Of a stretch of 23,086 bases of DNA, positions 1 to 10,797 are shown in pieces. This DNA is from Ginkgo biloba. Taxonomy: Eukaryota > Plantae > Ginkgophyta. The number at the start of each line of letters is the position of its first letter. Positions within the stretch are counted from its first letter, which is position 1. Below the pieces are notes generated by a model. That model was given only the letters and a program-made list of their open reading frames with translations, was not told the DNA's origin and did not search any database. Position numbers and translations under genes: made by a program. The stretch spans positions 185,513,486 to 185,536,571 of the forward strand of contig JANKJI020000002.1 in NCBI GenBank assembly GCA_024626585.2. Reading direction: 5' to 3'.

Positions 1-1220
1 GTTTTTTCCAGTGCAGTGTCTTTGCAGTTGTACCTAGGAATTTGCCGGCATAATGCTAGATTTATTGAGAAAATTACAAAATCGCGTAAGTGATTGGCAT
101 CATGCATTGGGAAGGTCAGGATTGAATAGGACTCAATATTCGTAGCTTTCACCCTGGCCCTTGCTTTCTGAAAAAATCTGACTTTGAAATTAGCATGTGC
201 TTCATGCACGAGAAGATCATATTCTTACAATAGGACAGGATTTCAGTGNNNNNNNNNNCTATGGAAATTCAAGCCTTCTGCCTGACTTGTGTGGGTTGTT
301 GAAAGAAGACTTCAAGCTTTGAGTTGCATAGCAGAGATCCCTTGAGGCTATATTTGGAGTTCACTTCTACAGCTCTTGTTGTGAGTTTTCTCACAAGTTA
401 TTATCATATTGGTCCCATCACTTATGTTATTTTCAAGTTATTGTATAACTGGTGCTTTGTGGTTGCATGTCTACCCCTCTATTCTTGAAAAAAACACTCC
501 TATTTCCAGCAGTATAGTAGTCTCTTGCCAACAATACCTATCACAATTCTACAAAAACTCTTCCCAAAACACTTCCATCAAGTCATCCATGAAAACCACA
601 AAGTCTCTCTCCTATTCGGATTCCATGGGCACCTTAATAAAACCAGGCGCAATCACTTTCAGCAATTTGGAAAAATCCTTCTGCAAGTTCCCTCAAAGAT
701 CCAACTCAAAATCCACACTAAAGATTGATATTGTTGATAGCTTGGAAGGGAAAAAGCATGTGAAATGCTCCTTAATGGGATGAAATCTCATAAGTAAGCT
801 CTGGAAAAAAGCTCAGTAAGAAGCAGCCATCTGGAATTCAAAAAGATCACCTACAAGACAAGATTAATCAATAAGCAATGCTGCCCAAGGGGGGGCGAAG
901 CACTCTTTAAGGGCGCACAATTGCCTTAAGCACTGGAAGTTCAAAGCAGTTTATGCTCGAAAGTGCAGGCAGAAGAAGAATAAGAAGAATGTGTTTGTGA
1001 TGCAACGAACTCTTCATCACTTAAACCAGATCAAGGAAAGTAATCAGAACACCATTGCCCAATGATTACATAGCTTGAACCAGTTTGATATGGTAATCAT
1101 TGCTTTCAGGCCAAGAATGAGCAACCAAGATTCAACCCATTAGAAGGCAATGGAGCAGAAGATATTTGGATTTAAGGTCATGTGAAAATTCCCAATTTGT
1201 TAAGGCATGACCCTGAATAG

Positions 1221-1306
1221 CAAGGAGTTGAGCTTCATCGGCATGAAAAATTTGGATGCCCCTCAAGTACAAGGATTTGAGCTTCATCACCTTGAAACAT
1301 TTGAAT
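1221..1306. repeat. Imperfect tandem duplication, period 49 bp
   Basis: caaggagttgagcttcatcggcatgaaaaatttggat (1221) vs caaggatttgagcttcatcaccttgaaacatttgaat (1270), 31/37 identical. Confidence 0.75.
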
Positions 1307-1578
1307 AACTTCAATTATTCTTGATTCCATGCAACGCAATGGTGGCTACCTGCAACCAACTCCAAATGCGATGCAAATCAAGTCATCGTCGTGTGAGAAC
1401 ATCTGGAATTGCCCAACAAAGCCTTGTCAGCAATCAACCTTATTGCATCAAGTGACTAGCCATGAGTTGTAGCCAATGNNNNNNNNNNNNNNNNNNNNNN
1501 NNNNNNNNNNNNNNNNNNNNNNNNNNNNNNNNNNNNNNNNNNNNNNNNNNNNNNNNNNNNNNNNNNNNNNNNNNNNNN

Positions 1579-3415
1579 ATAAATTTGTGTCAAGGGATGA
1601 AAGAAAAAGTTGCTTGGACCAAAATTTATGTTTTCTTTGCAAGAAATCTGGCCACTACTCTTATGAGTGTCCACAAAGACAAAATGATGAATGAAGCAGA
1701 ACAAAGGTATCCCATTTATGATCAAGAATTGTTGGCCATCATTCATGCTATTAAGAGTTGGAAGCACTACTTAAAGAATGATGATTTTGAGGTAGTGACT
1801 AACCATAAACCTTTACTATCCATTCCTCTGAAAGTTGGATTGGGACCACACAGTACATATGCGCCATGATATTTGAGGAGTTTAGGCCCAAGTTGACATA
1901 TAAAGTTTGAAAGGAGAATATTGTGGTTGATGCTTCATCAAGGATGCCACAAGCTACTAATGTTTTAGTTATGTAGGGATCCTTGAGAAGCGAGATTCAA
2001 GAGGCACAAAAGCGTGACAGAGGATGCCAAGAGGTAAAGCAAGCCACAACATATGGAAAGCATATACATAATATGGAGGTTCATGATGATATTTTATAGT
2101 ATGTTGACAGAATTATTGTCCCAGACATTGCCCAGTTAAAATGCAGGATCTTATATGAATTACACAACCACCCCTTTGCTAGCCATGTGAGTAGGATATA
2201 ACTTACGAGACCACTAGGAAACATGTATTGGAAGAATGCAAAGAAAGAAATAACAGATTATGTGTAGATCTATGAGCAATGCCAGGTTAATAAGGTGGAG
2301 AGAGATCATCATGCAGGTTTGTTGATGCCTTTACCTATTCCACAAGGCAAGTGGGAGAGGGTCAACATGGATTTTGTGACTTCCCTACCAAGGACATAGT
2401 GGCAACATGATCAAATATTAGTGGTGGTGGATCATCTCACTAAAATGATAAGATTTATCCCTCATAGAATGGCACACAAGNNNNNNNNNNNNNNNNNNNN
2501 NNNNNNNNNNNNNNNNNNNNNNNNNNNNNNNNNNNNNNNNNNNNNNNNNNNNNNNNNNNNNNNAGTCATACTAAATTAACCCACCACATATGGACAAATT
2601 TATTTAATGCATTGGATACTAAGATGAATTTCAGCAACTACAATCACCTTCAAACAGATGGGAAAACCAAGAGAGTTAGTTAGATCATGGAGGACATGTT
2701 GAGGTTACATGTGGCAACTAGACAGACTACTTGGGAGGAAAGAATTCCATTTGTGGAGTTCGTATACAACCACAATAAACATTGAGCTACAGGTATGAGA
2801 CCTTTCAAGGCTATGTATAGATATGATACTTTGATTCCCTTAGAGTTGGATCTCAAAAAATTTAAGGGAAAGACCCAAGTCTCCCTAGAGATGCTTGAGC
2901 AAATGCAAGAGGAGCTCAAGGAGTGTTAAAGAAACATTGAAAGAGCATGGTCACATGCTAAGTTATGTGCAAATCAACATAGATCACCAAGATCATTGGA
3001 GGTGGAGGATACGGTGTATCTATGAGTGAAGCCGCATAGTTCCTTGTCTACAGGATGGTGTGCTACAATGTCACCTCAGTATTGTCGACCATTCCAGGAT
3101 TTAGAGAAGATTAATGAAGTTGCCTATAGATTGTAGTTACCAACTCACGTGAAGATGTACCCTGCTTTTCATGTTAATTTTCTTAGGAAAGCTTTGTCCA
3201 GATATGATAATGTTTTGCTAGCTTTTGCGAATGTACAAAAAGTTGATCAAGAAGTTCTTGATCCAATATTCATATTAAAAGAGAGGACATGAAAGCTCTA
3301 GAATGGATATATTAAAAAGTATCTTGTGGAATGGTCAAATAAGCCCATTGAAGAAGCCACTTGGGAATTAGTTGCTTTTGTCAAAGAGATTGGGCTCATT
3401 GACGACAATGAGCTT
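1579..3415 (+). mobile_element. Decayed Ty3/gypsy chromovirus: gag zinc knuckle, partial RNase H, integrase, chromodomain
   Basis: Zinc knuckle CFLCKKSGHYSYEC (1629-1670). RNase H EAEQRYPIYDQELLAIIHAIKSWKHYL...TNHKPL. Integrase HNHPFASH, GLLMPLPIPQGKWERVNMDFVTSLP, ILVVVDHLTKM, HLQTDGKT, a decayed GPF motif, VAYRL*LP and PAFHV. Chromodomain KYLVEWSNKPIEEATWE (about 3317-3367). RH-INT order is gypsy-type. Many stops and frameshifts. Confidence 0.95.
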
Positions 3416-6077
3416 TGCAAGCCAAGTGAATCTTACCTCAAAATCTATGGAAAGTACAAGTTTTCTATTAAAGCCAACACTTGTGTATTGCGACTGATGG
3501 CAAGTTCACCAGGGAAAGTGATGAGGAGAGAGAAAAAGAGGAAAAGAAGAGCCCAAGATATAATTCAACATAGGGTGCCTCAAATACAATGCTAGCATGT
3601 GTCATATTAGAGCTAAAGAAGGGTTCTTTGAGAGTGGGGCATCTTCACAGACAAGTCCAACCCTTCATGGGAAGGTTGTGCTCGATCTTTTCTATTTATA
3701 CGAGATTTGCTACAAGGTCTAGCAACTCTTCTATCGTCATTATGCTCATCCAAGTTGGGTGCCTTCATTCCTTGTCTATGTTCTTGCATTTTAGACGATT
3801 TCTAGCTCTCTGGTGCAGCACTATATTTTTCTTATGATTTTTTGCTTGTTGTTGAAACCAATATAGTCTAGAAAGTGGTGCACTAGTGAGGTTATTTTCC
3901 ACATTTGAGTGCCCAAATTGTTCTCAAGGCCAAGGCGGCTCATTTGGAGGATTTCNNNNNNNNNNNNNNNNNNNNNNNNNNNNNNNNNNNNNNNNNNNNN
4001 NNNNNNNNNNNNNNNNNNNNNNNNNNNNNNNNNNNNNNNNNNNNNNNNNNNNNNNNNNNNNNNNNNNNNNNNNNNNNNNNNNNNNNNNNNNNNNNNNNNN
4101 NNNNNNNNNNNNNNNNNNNNNNNNNNNNNNNNNNNNNNNNNNNNNNNNNNNNNNNNNNNNNNNNNNNNNNNNNNNNNNNNNNNNNNNNNNNNNNNNNNNN
4201 NNNNNNNNNNNNNNNNNNNNNNNNNNNNNNNNNNNNNNNNNNNNNNNNNNNNNNNNNNNNNNNNNNNNNNNNNNNNNNNNNNNNNNNNNNNNNNNNNNNN
4301 NNNNNNNNNNNNNNNNNNNNNNNNNNNNNNNNNNNNNNNGGTCAAGAGGATAGATGGTTGCACTTATGCATATTTAATGCTCTTATGATGTTTGGTAATT
4401 GTAACAATTGCAAAAATATTATTTGGTTTGTAATTATGTAGAAATTTCCCCTATATGATTGCAGAAACCCTAGAGACTTGTCTCGATAGTTTGGCTTTAG
4501 CTAGAGACCTGTAGGGGAATTGGAGTCCTTGACTAAGGGAGCCTTTGTTTGAGGAATTTTTTAGCCCTAAGCATGCATATACTTGGACAGACTCGTAGAG
4601 GGTTTAAAGAAACCTTATGAGAGTGTTGTTGTTGCTCCTTATTACTCTCAGTTATTGGTTCTAGGGTATGTTGTTACAACCCTGGGGTTTGTTAACCATA
4701 CGAGTGGGATTTATGGTCTAGTGTTTGTTATTGTAGAGCTAACAATTATTTAGACCAAAAAATAATATAAATAAATAAACTACACATTGGGTATATACCC
4801 TATCTGCGCAGATTATCCCCGTGCTAAGAGGGGTTGAAATAGACCTACGCCTAGCAACCTTACTAGTGCAGGGTTTATGGGGTGGAGTGTAATAAATCGT
4901 TGATGGCTACTAAGCACTGACAGTTAGCATATTTTGTGTTGAAGGTTTAACTACCCACATGGTAGGCTCTTTTAAGTAATCCCCATGGCCAACAACAAGT
5001 AGTTGCATGCCTTAGCATAAGTCAACCCCGGTTAAACAGCTTCCCTTGATAAAGCATAAAAATTAATATATTATATTTTTTGTTGACATAAATTAGCATA
5101 AATAAAAATCTGCAATGTATGTGTTATGATTGTATTGCATTTTTATAGTTGAATCAAAATTCTATTTAATTTATGCAAGTTGCCTTGTTTCTATCTCTAT
5201 TATAGNNNNNNNNNNNNNNNNNNNNNNNNNNNNNNNNNNNNNNNNNNNNNNNNNNNNNNNNNNNNNNNNNNNNNNNNNNNNNNNNNNNNNNNNNNNNNNN
5301 NTGTTACTAAACCCACTCGTAGACAAGGGGTCTCCCAATGCCATCAAGAAGTCAATCACTCACAAAGCCAATAGTAATGAAGGAAACAAGAGCAAAGAGA
5401 CGATCTCGCTAGAGTGGGGAGTAAGAAATAACTAGAAAAAGGTAGCCACTTAACATGGCTAGCTACCAAAACAGTATGACAACTTGTAAAGGGTGTAAAC
5501 AAAAGAATGTTGAGGCTTTAAGGAAAACAAAGGACACTCCAAAGGGAGTAGCAACTGTAATAGCACTCACCTTACAAAAAAATTAATAGGGGAAAACTCG
5601 GATCTGACCCCAGTTAAAGAATCAACACGCATAAATGAGACTAGAGAAACAAAAGAGATGTGAGATCAAACCTACCAAATGCTAAAGAAATCTAGCAAAG
5701 CCCCAACCATGAAGAAATGGTAAGAGGAGACCCTACAATCTTCGTGATTAAGATAGCATCAATTGAATTGATTTCCGCGACCATTTAAGTAGATAAATAA
5801 TAAAGTATTATAATATAAGAGATTACCAATAACCCAAGTTTAGCCAAGTCACAAGCATCCAAGTAAGAGTTGTTAGTAGTCATGCAAGAGTCGCAAACAT
5901 CATATACTTTTCATAAAAATCCGTTGTATAAAATTATAGCAACCAATCCAACTTTTTGAGTCATTAGAGCACAATTCAAATACAAGAGGATATGATGTCA
6001 ACTTCTAGCTAGCATAGACATCACTGTCTAGAGAAAATAACTCTAATGCTAGCCAACCAAATGGCAGCAATAATAAC

Positions 6078-6506
6078 TTGGGAGGTTACCCCTTTAATCT
6101 AAACAATAATAATAATAGGGCAAACAATTTCCAAAATATGTTCAATCCTAACATCAACAACAATAATAATAACTTTGACAATAGTAATAATATCACCAGC
6201 AATCAACAAAATATATGTCAAAATCAACCATGTAGTAGATTAAAGATGATTAACACCCATGCCAGAAGCCATGTTATCAATTTCAACAACAATAATAATA
6301 ACTTCAAACAACATTATAATGCCTTCAGTCACTTCCATTACAACTTTCATAACAATAGTCTAGGAGGAGGTCAAAATAGTTCGACGACCAACCTAAGCCA
6401 TACATCCAACGAGCAAAATAGTACATTCTATAGACCAACCAACACATTTGGAAAATAGAATAATGCATTTGGTAGAGTCAATAACACTTCGATGGACAAT
6501 GCAATC
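6078..6506 (+). repeat. AAC/AAT low-complexity tract encoding poly-Asn
   Basis: Runs such as aacaacaataataataac; ORF 6078-6458 is N/Q/S-rich. Confidence 0.8.
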
Positions 6507-6606
6507 NNNNNNNNNNNNNNNNNNNNNNNNNNNNNNNNNNNNNNNNNNNNNNNNNNNNNNNNNNNNNNNNNNNNNNNNNNNNNNNNNNNNNNNNNNNNNN
6601 NNNNNN

Positions 6607-7512
6607 GGAATGATATGGTAGCAATAAACATGACATAATAATGATGTGTAATGACATGGCAACAACGCATATGACGAGGATGATGTGGCAATTATGATGT
6701 AATGTTGACATCCAGAAATGGTATGGAATCTAAGCTACATTTATGACAATCTAGGGCAAAATTTACTGCATTTAGGAGGAGAATCTAACATAATTGATGA
6801 AATTAGGACAAGTCACATTTAATGCAACAATAATGGACATTAGATGACATTAGCATGAGAGTAGAGAGAGCCACATTTAACGCAACAATAATGTTGGTAG
6901 CATGAAGGCACATTTATTGTAGCAAAAGGATGATAATTATTACAACAAAGATGATGCCAGTATGATGCGACAATACATCATTAAAGTTTGCAAGTACAAC
7001 CACATTTAATGCAACAAGCTATGGTGCAGTCATGAAGGCCATTAATGATGCATTAAAGGGCATTAGCTTTTAATGGCACATTAAATGAAGCAAACAAACC
7101 AACATTAATGACAAAAGCCTAAGTATATCTAATGATACAACTAGGGCACAATTATTAGGATCATTTAATGAAGAGTTATTGTTAGGGTTATGACATTTGA
7201 CTTGAAAAGANNNNNNNNNNNNNNNNNNNNNNNNNNNNNNNNNNNNNNNNNNNNNNNNNNNNNNNNNNNNNNTGTGAGTTGTGCTCAGTCATCTAGAGTT
7301 AAGTGTGAGAGTCCTAGTTTTGAAAGTACCATGTGCCGTGATTGATGAAGTAATAAATGAGAATTGTACCCAAATTACTTGATGTTCATGTAATGTATTT
7401 TGATGTTTCTTTATAATTAATTCATACTAATCCTCATATGCATGTACTAACCTGTTGTTGATGGTGGGCTCCACACCCAAGACCCTCATTTAGTCAATAG
7501 CACTCATCAACA
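6607..7512 (+). mobile_element. LTR-like segment (solo or 3' LTR) nested in the Asn-rich ORF
   Basis: Abrupt compositional change; internal repeats of CACATTTAATGCAACAA; AATAAA at about 7352 followed by a T-rich U5-like stretch; ends ...catcaaCA at 7512 with no PBS after it. The 5' end lies in the gap, so the TSD cannot be checked. Confidence 0.5.
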
Positions 7513-8040
7513 TATGTTACAAAATGTGAGCATGTGACAACCAGTAATTATACACCTCCCCATGATACCTTATTACACAACACCATATAGACACAATTAG
7601 AGATCTCATCTTCCTATGGTGCCCTTCAAGCTATAGTTGCAAAGATAACTCATACAACTAGAGGCTAGGACAACTAAGAGCACTCAAATCAAGGTGAGAT
7701 TTCACTATCTTAAAATAGTTGATTGGCCCTTAAAGCAAATCTTTTAGGCTTTAGCAAATAATCATGCTTGAAAGCAAATTTTAGTCATCAAAAGTAACTT
7801 ACTATTGCTAAAGCCTTTACCCAACATTAAACTCAAGTGTTCCCAGTTACAAGGACACTCAAAGGCTCAAACATCAACAAAGGAAAAATGCAAGAGTGTC
7901 ATGCCAAAAGGTCACTCCCATCAAGTCTAGCTTGTTTGACTTTCACATGAAGCTTGAAGAGCTAACCAGTGCTCTACACAAAATGGTTGGTGAAAATTTC
8001 CCTAGCATAGATGACCTTCCTTCTGAATTCTACTAAGCAA

Positions 8041-8102
8041 CCTTTTGTAGGACCTATGCTTCTCAAATCCTTTTGTTGGACCTATCCTTCTCAAAGCCTT
8101 TT
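8041..8102. repeat. 28-bp tandem repeat, about 2.2 copies
   Basis: ccttttgtaggacctatgcttctcaaat / ccttttgttggacctatccttctcaaag / cctttt; 25/28 identical. Confidence 0.9.
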
Positions 8103-10797
8103 AAGAGGCCATCAATCATGAATCTCTTGACCCTACCATCAATTAGAGCAATATCGAAGAAACTAATTCTCAAAACAAAAGAACCAAACACCATCACCAA
8201 CTGAAGGGTTATTGCTTTGCTAAATGTCTCTTGTAAACTATTGTTAAGATTCTAATTTTGAACACATTAATTAGAGAATGCATAGAATTATGATATGTTA
8301 TGCCACTATTAAACCTTGATTTGTGTTATTTTATTCATGTGGCAAGAATATATGCACCCTGGTATTATTTTGGTACTATTGATGTGACACATCCATATTG
8401 TTAATAATAGTAAACAATAAGGCGTTGATGAGTATGCATTTTATAGCGCATTGGTATGTTTAAGCACGCATCTTATGATCTTGCATTAGAGGTGATTGTT
8501 GGAAAAATTAAAGAAACTTAGAGAAATGGAGAAGAGCTACATATCACATACAAACACAAATTTCACACAAAATAGGTTTTGTATTAAATGAAAAATAACT
8601 CAATACAAGTTCNNNNNNNNNNNNNNNNNNNNNNNNNNNNNNNNNNNNNNNNNNNNNNNNNNNNNNNNNNNNNNNNNNNNNNNNNNNNNNNNNNNNNNNN
8701 NNNNNNNNNNNNNNNNNNNNNNNNNNNNNNNNNNNNNNNNNNNNNNNNNNNNNNNNNNNNNNNNNNNNNNNNNNNNNNNNNNNNNNNNNNNNNNNNNNNN
8801 NNNNNNNNNNNNNNNNNNNNNNNNNNNNNNNNNNNNNNNNNNNNNNNNNNNNNNNNNNNNNNNNNNNNNNNCTAATTACCACTAATGATAATTAACTCCA
8901 ACCAAGTAAGTCCTATCTCTAACTTAAGAAAATAAATGTGAGGAATAATATTCTTAATTCAACATAGGAATTAAACATTATTCCAAAAGTGATCGGTTAC
9001 CACATGACTCGGTTCCCATCGATCCAAAAGGAAGTTAGGCTTGGATGATTCCACTTCTACTATATTGTATTTAAGTGGTTTGGTTTCAATTTTTAAATTG
9101 TTTGAATTTAAACTCTAAACATCTGAGATTCAGCTTTCTATCTTAATTAGAATTTGAGAAATAAACAACTTAGATTATATAGAAGGTGAACTCTAGATCT
9201 AAAGATAGACAATGATCCCTACAATTCATACTCAGTAAAGACAAATCCTATTTTCTAATCTTAATGCTTTTGTCTTGGATTGTGTCTCTTTAATCTTATT
9301 TAAGTTTATGATTTTCCTTCTTTTTTTATGAGAGCATTTGATGAGAGTGTGCACACTTTATTATTGGTGAATTGGATAAGCTTTTATTTGATACTTTAAA
9401 TTTGTTTTATCTTTGCTATGATTTGTATGCTTTGTCGTCAAAATGTCTTTTGCTTATCCTAAGCCCTACTTTCCATCCAAGGACTAGGATTCCATCTACA
9501 ATATATGCTTGTTCTCTTGTCTATACTATTTGAACTACTAAAAACCTATATAAACCACCTTACTTTACACCTATTTCCATAATTTTGACATGATCATGTG
9601 TATCTTTGAGTAAACACTTATTACTATAAAATTCAACCTTATAATCTTGCTTTGTAATTTAACTTACAGAAAGTAAAGTTTTATTTAATGTAGGCACATA
9701 AAGCACATTAGCTATATTTTTCACTTCTCCATTTTCCATTCTTATAGGTACATCACCTAAACCTTTTACATCATGTAAGGAGTCATCACCTAACATATCT
9801 TTCTTATTTGTTGTTTATCTAGTTTCTTCAATAGATTTGAAATAATCCTTATTATGAGACACATGTTTTGCGGCTCTAGAATCTATCCACCAAACATATT
9901 TTTGAACATATTCAATAGACAAATAAGTGAAGAAAATATCAAATTAACTTTATTTTCATAATTATTTGTGTACCTCTTCTTCTTATCATCCTTCCTCTTC
10001 CAACAATCCCTTGCAAAATGACCTAGTTTTCCATAATTGTAAAAATTTCCTTTGGGAATTTATTGACTACATATGTCTTCATTCTTATTTAANNNNNNNN
10101 NNNNNNNNNNNNNNNNNNNNNNNNNNNNNNNNNNNNNNNNNNNNNNNNNNNNNNNNNNNNNNNNNNNNNNNNNNNNNNNNNNNNNNNNNNNNNNNNNNNN
10201 NNNNNNNNNNNNNNNNNNNNNNNNNNNNNNNNNNNNNNNNNNNNNNNNNNNNNNNNNNNNNNNNNNNNNNNNNNNNNNNNNNNNNNNNNNNNNNNNNNNN
10301 NNNNNNNNNNNNNNNNNNNNNNNNNNNNNNNNNNNNNNNNNNNNNNNNNNNNNNNNNNNNNNNNNNNNNNNNNNNNNNNNNNNNNNNNNNNNNNNNNNNN
10401 NNNNNNNNNNNNNNNNNNNNNNNNNNNNNNNNNNNNNNNNNNNNNNNNNNNNNNNNNNNNNNNNNNNNNNNNNNNNNNNNNNNNNNNNNNNNNNNNNNNN
10501 NNNNNNNNNNNNNNNNNNNNNNNNNNNNNNNNNNNNNNNNNNNNNNNNNNNNNNNNNNNNNNNNNNNNNNNNNNNNNNNNNNNNNNNNNNNNNNNNNNNN
10601 NNNNNNNNNNNNNNNNNNNNNNNNNNNNNNNNNNNNNNNNNNNNNNNNNNNNNNNNNNNNNNNNNNNNNNNNNNNNNNNNNNNNNNNNNNNNNNNNNNNN
10701 NNNNNNNNNNNNNNNNNNNNNNNNNNNNNNNNNNNNNNNNNNNNNNNNNNNNNNNNNNNNNNNNNNNNNNNNNNNNNNNNNNNNNNNNNNNNNNNNN

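Larger units (their letters stand above)
4340..7730 (+). mobile_element. Probable Tat/Ogre-like LTR retrotransposon relic: LTR 3' end, decayed PBS, long leader, gag-like Asn-rich ORF
   Basis: cgata-gtt-TGGCTTTAGCTAGAGAC (4484-4508) loosely resembles the cgaCA-gtt-TGGCGACTC..CTGGGGAC tRNA-Arg PBS junction after C>T/G>A decay. MKETRAKRRSR at about 5377 resembles retroelement ORF starts. Asn-rich frame at 6078-6506, with coding-like sequence resuming at 7513. No diagnostic pol domain seen. Confidence 0.4.

Noticed and set aside
3416-3955. 3' LTR of the chromovirus
   Set aside because: The expected polypurine tract after the chromodomain is missing and there is no matching 5' LTR in the window, so the segment cannot be assigned.
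6814-7093. CRISPR-like repeat-spacer array
   Set aside because: Repeats are degenerate, spacing is irregular (37-92 bp), there are no cas genes, and the context is a eukaryotic TE.
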